The position numbers and the translations under genes are program-made. 64,000 nucleotides of DNA, taken from an uncultured Rikenellaceae bacterium. GTDB taxonomy: Bacteria; Bacteroidota; Bacteroidia; Bacteroidales; VadinHA17. The DNA lies in assembly GCA_964613785.1 (NCBI GenBank), contig CAZTJT010000001.1:49869-113868 (forward strand). The letters are read 5' to 3'. The notes beneath the pieces were generated by a model, which worked only from the letters and a program-made list of their open reading frames with translations, did not search any database and was not told the DNA's origin. Below are positions 56,374 to 64,000 of the stretch, in pieces. How positions within the stretch are numbered: the stretch's first letter is position 1; each line of letters begins with the position of its first letter.

Positions 56374-57294
56374 ATGAGTGAGTCGGCTACGATTATTGAA
56401 CATTACGGTTTTGTCGACCATAATAAAATTAACATTCTTTTACAGCAGTTAAAGGAGGACAGTAATTTTAGAAGTCTTCACCGCACTACAGGTAAAAGAT
56501 TATATTCCATAATAGTGGAGTGCCTCGAAAATATCGAGAGGTATTCAGTCAGGGCATTACCTGGGGATAATATTCCTGAACCCTATATCTCTGTCGTTGT
56601 GGAGGATCAAAGGATTTTAATATCCAGTGGTAATCCTGTGGAGCATAAAAAGACGTGCATGCTCTCGATGTTAGTTAACAGGGTCAATTCTATGAGTGAT
56701 GATGATCTGCTTGCCCTTTATGAGAAGAACATAAACAGAGAACCTCTTCCTGAGGAAAATGGGGCCGGTCTGGGTTTCATAATAATGAAGCTGAAATCTG
56801 GCAGCAGGATTGTTTTCAGCATTAATGAAATCAGGGGAGGTCTATCGTATTTTAAGATGCAAATATCATTAAACAAGTATATTATGAGAAAGTTAGTTAT
56901 CGAAAAGACTTCATTCTCTCCGGGAGTGACACTTGATCCCGAAAAAGGCCTTTTTGTTATATCGGGTGAATCCCGCCCGCCTGATGTAGCTAATTTCTAT
57001 GGAGAAATTCTGAAATGGTTTGATGATTTTTCACATTCTTCTTATGGGATGAAAGAAGCCGGTAAATCATTTGCAATGAACTTTGATTTTGAATATTTCA
57101 ATTCATCTTCAGCAAAATACCTTTTGGATTTGTGCAAACAGATTTCTGCGGCAAGATCAGGAGGAATGAATATCGCAGTAAACTGGCACTATGAGGAAAA
57201 TGACCTTGACATGCTTGAGGCAGGAAGAGAAATGTCGAGAATCGCCAAAGTCCCTTTTGAATTCATTCTCAGAGCCAACGAATCAGATATCTGA
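56374..57294 (+). CDS. fusion of a SiaB-like kinase domain and a SiaC-like (DUF1987) phosphoprotein domain
   Basis: Residues 1-170 follow the ...IVECLENIERYS...ENGAGLGFIIMKLKSG... pattern of SiaB-family HATPase-like kinases. Residues 171-306 (internal ATG at 56884) follow the DUF1987 pattern TLDPEKGLFVISGESRP...FYGEILKWF...FEYFNSSSAKYL...VNWHYEENDLDMLEAG. Confidence 0.65.
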   Translation: MSESATIIEHYGFVDHNKINILLQQLKEDSNFRSLHRTTGKRLYSIIVECLENIERYSVRALPGDNIPEPYISVVVEDQRILISSGNPVEHKKTCMLSMLVNRVNSMSDDDLLALYEKNINREPLPEENGAGLGFIIMKLKSGSRIVFSINEIRGGLSYFKMQISLNKYIMRKLVIEKTSFSPGVTLDPEKGLFVISGESRPPDVANFYGEILKWFDDFSHSSYGMKEAGKSFAMNFDFEYFNSSSAKYLLDLCKQISAARSGGMNIAVNWHYEENDLDMLEAGREMSRIAKVPFEFILRANESDI

Positions 57295-57303
57295 TAAAGA
57301 AAT

Positions 57304-59265
57304 ATGTGGACGGATATAATTCTTGATCCTCAGGAAGTGCCGAGTTCAACTTTTGCTGATAATACAGGAGAAGATGGTGATGGGTTTGTCAGCAGGATTG
57401 CTGCTTTTATATATTCCGATATCAAGAGGGCGGGGCATTTATTTTCTTTTCCCATTGATTTAAGCAGTGAATTCAATGATCTCAGTAATGAAGAAAAAAG
57501 TTTTTGGCTTGACTTTGTGACCGGAATACCTTCTAAGCTCAAAGCTTTCAGGCTTTTCATTCGTCCTTACGGCAGATTTTGCAGAACCTGCCTTATCCCT
57601 GACTGTGACATTGAGAAAATGGCTAAGATCGACTACGACCAGCTCAGATGCAGGTCTAAGGCAATTGCATTACTGACTGAAGCGGATCCGGATCTTTTTA
57701 TAAAACCATACCAGAGACTTCCTGCTCAAAGAAAAGCTTTCTTTATCGAAATGAATTACCTTATACCGGTTGCACTTAAAAAGGTTGGTTATGAAATAAT
57801 AAGACCCGAAGAGGCATCTGAAATCAGTGAGAAATTCACATACCGGCTTGCTAAAACAATCCATTCACGCTATCTTCATGAATTACGGAAAAAAAGTTTT
57901 ATAGAAACAGGCAATTCTTATATTTCTGATTTTTTTGCTTCCGGAGATGCCGGTTCCAGTGCTTTAAATGAATTTGATGATCTTTCTGATGATATAAAGT
58001 ATTCCAATATTGATAATGCATATCATATACCGACAAAACTTTTATCTATCGGATACAAAATAAAGCCTGTGACCTCGGGTCATACTACTCTGACCCTTCA
58101 CCTCAGTCATGACGAGATTGAAACGATGGCTATAGTTGAGCACCTGAGATGGTGCTGGGATAAAAGGCTTAATGGATGGGTGCCCGGAAAGGTAAAAAAC
58201 AATGAGAAGAAGACTCATCCGGGGCTTGTGCCTTATGAAAGACTTCCTGACTCCGAAAAAGAGAAAGACAGGGAACTTGTCCGACTGATTCCCGCTTTGC
58301 TTAAAGACATAGGCTATGAAGTATTTCCGGCAAACCCTAATCTGATACGTAAGCTTTCATATGCAATCAAACCTCACAGCAGTATTCATAAGATACTTAT
58401 CGAAACCAGAGACTTGAATGACAAGATTCGAAGAATGGTAAACCTTTCGCCTGAAGTTGAGGAAATGGTGCAGGTGAGAAATAAGAAAATAGAGGATGCG
58501 ATCAGGGAGGTTGAAGGGAATTATAACTACGCCCAGCACATCCAGAAGACATACCTGCCTGATGATCTTTATATAAGAGAATGCTTTCAGGAGAGTTTCA
58601 TCCTTTATAAGCCAAAGGATATCGTAAGCGGCGACTTTTATTTTTTCAGCAAGTCAGAAGATAAGATAATTTTTGCCGCGGCTGATTGTACCGGTCATGG
58701 TATTCCCGGGGCCCTTTTGAGCACCCTGGGTTATGGTATTATTGATCAGGCAGTAAATGAGATCAGACTTACAGATCCACATCAGATACTTAACCATCTT
58801 TACTCCAAGATTCACCGGTTCCTTAGAGACGACGAAGAGGGAACCAGCGTTTCAGATGATATGGATATTTCTCTCTGTATACTTGACATTGGTTCAAATA
58901 TTCTCACCTATGCAGGTGTTGTTAATCCTCTTTACCGAATCACAAAAGGGGAACTGATTGAGTACAAGGCTCAAAATTCAAAAGACATCTGTATTGGTTC
59001 AAATAATTACCACTTCATTTCAGATAACATAAAACTAAATATAGGCGATACATTATATATCTTCTCCGACGGATACTGTGATCAGTTCGGAGGAAGGCAC
59101 CATAAGAAGTACCAGAGCAGCAGATTTAAAAGCTTCCTTTTATCAATTCAGGAATTCACTCTGCCTGAACAAGGTGACAGGCTTAACGAGGAAATAGAGA
59201 AATGGAGAGATGAATACAATGAAGATCAGACGGATGACATAATGGTTATAGGGATTAAAATCTGA
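57304..59265 (+). CDS. PP2C/SpoIIE phosphatase with four N-terminal RyR-like repeats (SiaA-like role)
   Basis: The C-terminal ~240 aa carry SGDFYFF...AADCTGHGIPGA...DDMDISLC...FSDGY...DDIMVIGIKI. The N-terminal region has four units, each ending in IPxxLxxxG[Y/F]xIxP. The fourth matches the RyR domain (HLRWCWDKRLNGW...HPGLVPYERLPDSEKEKDRELV). Confidence 0.7.
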   Translation: MWTDIILDPQEVPSSTFADNTGEDGDGFVSRIAAFIYSDIKRAGHLFSFPIDLSSEFNDLSNEEKSFWLDFVTGIPSKLKAFRLFIRPYGRFCRTCLIPDCDIEKMAKIDYDQLRCRSKAIALLTEADPDLFIKPYQRLPAQRKAFFIEMNYLIPVALKKVGYEIIRPEEASEISEKFTYRLAKTIHSRYLHELRKKSFIETGNSYISDFFASGDAGSSALNEFDDLSDDIKYSNIDNAYHIPTKLLSIGYKIKPVTSGHTTLTLHLSHDEIETMAIVEHLRWCWDKRLNGWVPGKVKNNEKKTHPGLVPYERLPDSEKEKDRELVRLIPALLKDIGYEVFPANPNLIRKLSYAIKPHSSIHKILIETRDLNDKIRRMVNLSPEVEEMVQVRNKKIEDAIREVEGNYNYAQHIQKTYLPDDLYIRECFQESFILYKPKDIVSGDFYFFSKSEDKIIFAAADCTGHGIPGALLSTLGYGIIDQAVNEIRLTDPHQILNHLYSKIHRFLRDDEEGTSVSDDMDISLCILDIGSNILTYAGVVNPLYRITKGELIEYKAQNSKDICIGSNNYHFISDNIKLNIGDTLYIFSDGYCDQFGGRHHKKYQSSRFKSFLLSIQEFTLPEQGDRLNEEIEKWRDEYNEDQTDDIMVIGIKI

Positions 59266-59332
59266 GATTTTCTTTGATGAATTAAATTTTGATGAAAAGT
59301 TATTTGTTTATTTTTGCCGTTTGCTTTATAAC

Positions 59333-60076
59333 ATGCCCGCAATTTTCAGAAAAGAGATAAGTGGTTTTTTCAGCAGTCTGACTGGCCATATAGTTATAAT
59401 TGTATTCCTGCTTATCAACTCGTTGTTTATGTGGGTTTTCCCTGGTGAGCTTAATATCCTCGACAATGGGTATGCAGGATTGGATACGCTGTTCCTTATC
59501 TCTCCATGGGTGTTCCTTTTCCTTGTACCTGCGGTGACCATGAAAATGTTCGCCGAAGAAAAAAGACTGGGTACTATTGAATTGATATATTCAAGGCCGG
59601 TAACTGAAAGAGGTATTGTTTATGGTAAATATATGGCATCAGTTGCCCTTGTGCTTCTAGCCTTGCTGCCATGCATCGTTTTCTATGTCTCAGTTTACCG
59701 GCTTGGAGAACCCCCCGGAAATCTCGATAAGGGGGCAATCATCGGAGCCTCTGTAGGACTCTTTTTCCTTGCTGCAGTTTATGCATCTGCAGGGATTTTT
59801 GCCTCCTCACTTACAGATAACCAGGTTATTGCATTTATAATGGCTATCGTAATCTCCTTTTTTATGTTCATGGGATTTGATTCATTTGCTTATCTTCCGG
59901 GACTGAAAAAGATTGACGAATTTGTTATTAAACTCGGGATAAATGAACATTATAAATCTATGAGCCGTGGTGTAATCGATGTAAGCGATATAATGTATTT
60001 CATTGCAGTTGTTTTAATTTTCAATGAAGCAACAAGGCTGGTCCTTATATCAAGAAAATGGAGAGAGAAAAGCTGA
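59333..60076 (+). CDS. gldF: gliding-motility ABC transporter permease GldF
   Basis: MPAIFRKEISGFFSSLTGH start, then PWVFLFLVPAVTMKMFAEEKRLGTIEL. I prefer ATG 59333 over the TTG at 59321. Confidence 0.8.
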   Translation: MPAIFRKEISGFFSSLTGHIVIIVFLLINSLFMWVFPGELNILDNGYAGLDTLFLISPWVFLFLVPAVTMKMFAEEKRLGTIELIYSRPVTERGIVYGKYMASVALVLLALLPCIVFYVSVYRLGEPPGNLDKGAIIGASVGLFFLAAVYASAGIFASSLTDNQVIAFIMAIVISFFMFMGFDSFAYLPGLKKIDEFVIKLGINEHYKSMSRGVIDVSDIMYFIAVVLIFNEATRLVLISRKWREKS

Positions 60077-61798
60077 ATGATGGGGAAGAATTACAATATA
60101 CAGGTTATCAGGAAGAAGAGTCTGATTGAGTTTTTCACTGTGGTAGCTGTAATCATTCTCACAGCAGTTTTGCTTTCAAATCTGAGAATACGCCTTGATC
60201 TGACAGAGGACAAACGGTATACCCTTTCTGATGCAACCAGGAAAATACTTTCGGAATTAAAAAATGATGTTTTCATTCAGGTCTATCTTGATGGAGAGAT
60301 GCCTATCCCGTTTAAGCGGCTTAAACGATCAGTAAGGTACATGCTTGATGAGTTCAGAATAGCATCGGGCAACAAGGTGGATTTTGTTTTTCAGAATCCT
60401 TCTGAGGGAGAAGATCAGGAAAAAAGAGAATCCATGTACCAGTCGCTTGTTGGAAAAGGGCTCAACCCGGTTAATATCCAGGCGGGCGACCAGGAAGGTG
60501 GATCGAGTTCGAGGATTATTTTTCCCGGAATGATCTTCAACTTCAACGGAATAGAAGTCCCGGTTAACTTCCTGAAAAACAATCCTACTGTGTCAGCCGA
60601 GGAAAACCTCCTCCATTCGATGGAGGGTCTTGAATATGAAATGATCCAGACCATATCAACGTTGACTTCCGATTCAATCAGAAAAATCGCTTTCCTTGAG
60701 GGCCATGGCGAGTTCTCAGAAGCAGAAGTTGCTGATATTACGCTCCATCTGGCCAGATTTTTTACCATCGACAGGGGAAAACTTGGTGGTGATCCCGGTG
60801 TTCTTGACAACTATGCTGCTGTTATTGTTGCAGGACCTGTTAAGGAATTCACAGAAAGCGACAAATTCATTCTCGATCAATATATAATGAAAGGTGGAAA
60901 AATATTATGGCTTGTTGAGGAAGTGGATGTTAATGCTGACAGCCTGGTAAACGGAGAGACCGAAGCCCTTATTCGGCCTCTAAATCTGGAGGATCAGCTT
61001 TTCAGATACGGTACCAGGATAAATCCAGCAGTTATACAGGATGCGGAATGTGTTATGATAAAGCTTGCGGTAATGACAGGCGGTACCCGGCAGCAATTCA
61101 TCCCTGCACCCTGGTTCTATTATCCCAAATTATACCCTTCAAACAGTCATCCTGTTACAAGAAATATTAACAGGGTCAAAGGAGAATATGTCAATTTTAT
61201 TGATACTGTTGGCCTTGACAGCAGGATTAGAAAAACAATCCTGCTTTCCACATCACGTTTTTCCAGGACTTTGTCGCCTCCTTTTATGATCAGTCTGAAG
61301 GATGCCGAGACAATTCCAAATGAAAGGGAATTCAACAGATCAAATCTGCCGGTTGCCGTACTTCTCGAAGGGGTTTTCATTTCTGCATTCAGAAACAGGC
61401 TTACTGCCGAACTTACGAATGACAAAAGTTATAAGGCCAGAATTGAAAGCATTCCCACAAAAATGATTGTCGTTGCCGATGGAAACATCATACGTAATGA
61501 GGTAAGGCAGATAGGCAATAATATTACCCCTTATCCGCTTGGGCAGGATATTTATACCGGCGAATTATTCGGCAACAGGGATTTTATCATTAACTGCATG
61601 AACTATCTTGTTGATGATAATGGCATTATGGAGCTCCGATCGCGTGAACTCAGACTTAGGATGCTTAACCTTTCAAAAATCAAAAAAGAGAGGATCAAAT
61701 GGCAGCTTGTTAACCTCACTTTTCCTGTGGTTCTGGTCATAATTACAGGAATTATTTTCAGTTATTTCAGAAAAAAAAGGTTCACAAAAGCAAGATAA
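60077..61798 (+). CDS. gldG: gliding-motility ABC transporter auxiliary component GldG
   Basis: N- and C-terminal TM anchors and the DLTEDKRYTLSDATRKIL motif. It starts immediately after gldF. Confidence 0.8.
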   Translation: MMGKNYNIQVIRKKSLIEFFTVVAVIILTAVLLSNLRIRLDLTEDKRYTLSDATRKILSELKNDVFIQVYLDGEMPIPFKRLKRSVRYMLDEFRIASGNKVDFVFQNPSEGEDQEKRESMYQSLVGKGLNPVNIQAGDQEGGSSSRIIFPGMIFNFNGIEVPVNFLKNNPTVSAEENLLHSMEGLEYEMIQTISTLTSDSIRKIAFLEGHGEFSEAEVADITLHLARFFTIDRGKLGGDPGVLDNYAAVIVAGPVKEFTESDKFILDQYIMKGGKILWLVEEVDVNADSLVNGETEALIRPLNLEDQLFRYGTRINPAVIQDAECVMIKLAVMTGGTRQQFIPAPWFYYPKLYPSNSHPVTRNINRVKGEYVNFIDTVGLDSRIRKTILLSTSRFSRTLSPPFMISLKDAETIPNEREFNRSNLPVAVLLEGVFISAFRNRLTAELTNDKSYKARIESIPTKMIVVADGNIIRNEVRQIGNNITPYPLGQDIYTGELFGNRDFIINCMNYLVDDNGIMELRSRELRLRMLNLSKIKKERIKWQLVNLTFPVVLVIITGIIFSYFRKKRFTKAR

Positions 61799-62769
61799 TG
61801 ACAGGTAAATTTCAGAACTATTTTTTTCTGGTTGTTCTTATCCTGATGGGATCATTTCTTTTGTTATTGAGGAACCGGGATCCTTTCGGCGGAAACAACA
61901 GCGATTTTGCTTCAAAACCTCAAAAAGAGATAACCCGTATAGAATTGTCTGATAAAAACAGTAAACTTAAATTGATAAAAAATGAAGACACATGGATACT
62001 TAATGACGGGTCGGAAGTCAGAAAAAGCAGTATCGTATTTATCAATCAGATCTTGTCAGGAATGAAAATCAAATCCCCTGTTTCTCCAGAACTTTTCAGG
62101 ACTGAGATCACTGATAAAGGTATCGAACCTGTGAAGGTAAGGGTTTTCGAAAACCGTAGATTGCTGAGCTCCTTCTATGTATATAAGACACAATCAAACA
62201 TTTACGGCAATATCATGAAGATAAAGGAGAGGTCGAAACCGTTTATTGTTTATCTTCCTGGTTATGAAACAAATATAGGATCCGTATTCACAGTCAATGA
62301 ACTTTACTGGAAGCCTTTTACAATATTTAACCTTTTACCGTCGGAAATCGCTTATGTTGAATTCAAAAGTCTCACTGATCCAGGGTCTTCATTCTCTATC
62401 AGGAACACTGATACCGGATTTGTTCTTTCAGATCCCGACATAGAGTTATCAGGTTGGGATACAACAAGAGTAATCCGTTACCTCTCATACTTTGTTTATG
62501 TTCCGTTTGAAACGTGGGAATTTGAGATGGAAGCATCTGAAATAGAAAGACTTAAAGTGTCCGATCCATTGTGTGTTATCTCTGTAAAAGACAGAGTCGG
62601 GAAAGAGATACGGCTTATGTTGTGGGAGCGGATGCTTCCCGGTCAGGGTGAAAAGAAAAAAGACACCGACCGATTATGGGGAAAGACTGACTCAAGCTCC
62701 GGTATATTTGTAATCAGATATATGGATATTGACCCTTTGCTTAAAAAGAGATCATATTTCTTCCCTTGA
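61798..62769 (+). CDS. DUF4340-like protein downstream of gldG
   Basis: 323 aa with an N-terminal TM segment. Its start overlaps the gldG stop. Family call is by position and pattern only. Confidence 0.55.
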   Translation: MTGKFQNYFFLVVLILMGSFLLLLRNRDPFGGNNSDFASKPQKEITRIELSDKNSKLKLIKNEDTWILNDGSEVRKSSIVFINQILSGMKIKSPVSPELFRTEITDKGIEPVKVRVFENRRLLSSFYVYKTQSNIYGNIMKIKERSKPFIVYLPGYETNIGSVFTVNELYWKPFTIFNLLPSEIAYVEFKSLTDPGSSFSIRNTDTGFVLSDPDIELSGWDTTRVIRYLSYFVYVPFETWEFEMEASEIERLKVSDPLCVISVKDRVGKEIRLMLWERMLPGQGEKKKDTDRLWGKTDSSSGIFVIRYMDIDPLLKKRSYFFP

Positions 62770-62908
62770 AAATATTTTATTTGAGTTTTATTGTTTTTTT
62801 TGTAATATTGATAGTTTGGAATAATGAACTAATATTGCTATAAATCACTTAATTACAGTGATATACTTTTATTTCTTCCATGTTGTTTAAATTTAAACTC
62901 CGTATAAA

Positions 62909-64000
62909 ATGAAATTTGTTGTATCCAGTACAGATCTCCTTGGTCATTTGCAGGCGATAAGTAGGGTAATAAGTTCGAAGAACACTCTTCCTATCCTTGA
63001 CAATTTTCTTTTCAATTTATCCGGGAACGATCTTGAAATTACGGCATCCGATCTTGAATCAACGCTTATTACAAAAATGAAATTGGAAAATGCTTCGGGA
63101 GAAGGTATCATTGCACTTCCGGCCAGGATTCTGCTTGATACACTCAGGGAGTTCCCTGTTCAGCCGTTAGCTTTTGATATAAGCATGGATACGATGGCTG
63201 TTGTTATTACTTCCGAGAATGGTAAGTTCAATGTAGTAGGCCAGAATGGGATTGATTTTCCTGCCTTGCCGGCAATAAAGAAGGAGAAAAAATTTTCATT
63301 CCAGATCAATGCTGATGTCCTGATGGCCGGAATAAACAGAACCCTATTTGCAACTGCAGACGATGAACTTAGGCCTGTCATGGGAGGAATTTTCGTTGAA
63401 GCCTCTACCGATAAGATAACCTTTGTTGCTTCTGATGCCCACAAACTTGTCAGATATCAGCGGACCGATGCTCATGCCGACGAAAATGCCTCGTTCATCC
63501 TGCCAAAAAAACCCGCTTCTCTCTTGAAAAATATTCTTCCCAAAGAAGAGGGTGCTGTAAATGTGGAATTTGATGACAAAAATGCATTTTTCAATCTTAA
63601 CAACTATAAGGTAGTATGTCGCCTGGTTGAGGGTAACTATCCAAATTATAGCTCTGTAATACCTAAAAACAATCCTAGAAAAATAACTATCGACAGGGTA
63701 GAATTTTATAATACTCTCAAGAGGGTGTCAGTTTTTTCAAATCAGGCAAGCAATCTTGTCAAGCTTCAGCTTAAAGGAAACCAGGCAACGGTTTCAGCCC
63801 AGGATATTGATTTCTCTATCTCTGCATACGAGAAGATAAAATGCCAGTATGAAGGCGACGAGATGGAAATAGGTTTTAAATCAGTGTTTCTGCTGGAAAT
63901 CCTGGCAAATATCTCTTCCCAGGATGTAAATATTGAGCTGGCAGATCCAACAAGAGCCGGACTTTTTCTTCCGGGGGAGGTGGAAAATGAGTCGGAAGAC
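62909..64000 (+). CDS. dnaN: DNA polymerase III beta sliding clamp (3' end outside the window)
   Basis: From ATG 62909 the frame stays open to the window edge (364 codons). It reads MKFVVSSTDLLGHLQAISRVISSKNTLPILDNFLF...RPVMGGIF...LVEGNYPNY. It is missing from the ORF track because no stop codon falls in the window. Confidence 0.9.
   Translation, partial: MKFVVSSTDLLGHLQAISRVISSKNTLPILDNFLFNLSGNDLEITASDLESTLITKMKLENASGEGIIALPARILLDTLREFPVQPLAFDISMDTMAVVITSENGKFNVVGQNGIDFPALPAIKKEKKFSFQINADVLMAGINRTLFATADDELRPVMGGIFVEASTDKITFVASDAHKLVRYQRTDAHADENASFILPKKPASLLKNILPKEEGAVNVEFDDKNAFFNLNNYKVVCRLVEGNYPNYSSVIPKNNPRKITIDRVEFYNTLKRVSVFSNQASNLVKLQLKGNQATVSAQDIDFSISAYEKIKCQYEGDEMEIGFKSVFLLEILANISSQDVNIELADPTRAGLFLPGEVENESED

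Noticed and set aside
62770-62908. Possible replication origin next to dnaN
   Set aside because: No clustered DnaA boxes (TTATCCACA / TGTGGATAA) are present in the spacer. dnaA is not adjacent in the window.
1-64000. Search for CRISPR arrays, tRNA/rRNA genes, transposases, integrases, phage or defence-system genes
   Set aside because: No spaced direct-repeat arrays, no tRNA-like T-arm/acceptor patterns in any intergenic spacer, and no ORF with recombinase, transposase or nuclease-defence motifs were seen. The window reads as core chromosome.

Overview
The window is AT-rich and densely coded. It looks like chromosome from an anaerobic, gliding-type Bacteroidota: gldF/gldG, a DUF3078-like protein, a surE-lpxB arrangement and TAnnTTTG -7 boxes are all present. 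I found no rRNA, tRNA, CRISPR array, transposase or integrase.

Gene content, left to right:
- proC and a sugar-acid utilisation cluster (GntP permease, glycerate 2-kinase and two dehydrogenases).
- A GH9 glycosidase.
- A ~12 kb [FeFe]-hydrogenase island (14.1-26.4 kb). An electron-bifurcating-type hydCBA operon is flanked by two different sensory hydrogenase paralogs. One carries a PAS domain and sits next to a PP2C phosphatase. The other is fused to a histidine kinase. Two further two-component proteins and Rex follow.
- ribF, a decayed hydG stub and a duplicated TM1266-like hydrogenase regulator.
- A tyrosine phenol-lyase-like gene.
- An M14 peptidase.
- An aromatic/branched-chain amino-acid fermentation cluster: ADP-forming acyl-CoA synthetase, ACT protein, phenylacetate-CoA ligase, aminotransferase and a four-subunit 2-oxoacid:ferredoxin oxidoreductase.
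- Housekeeping genes: nadD, gmk, yicC, pheT, surE, lpxB.
- A 1024-aa ABCG-like transporter.
- A Sia-like partner-switch module (SiaB-SiaC fusion plus a RyR-repeat PP2C phosphatase).
- gldF, gldG and a partial dnaN.

Most interesting observations:
1. A 25-29 codon leader ORF with five consecutive Tyr codons, followed by a hairpin/antiterminator/terminator arrangement, lies directly upstream of the tyrosine phenol-lyase-like gene.
2. The dual-sensor H2/redox regulatory island has near-consensus Rex operators.
3. All three H-cluster proteins lack the canonical proton-relay cysteine.
4. The Sia-like module has no diguanylate cyclase and carries four RyR-like repeats.

All functional calls rest on motif recognition from memory. 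No database search was run.
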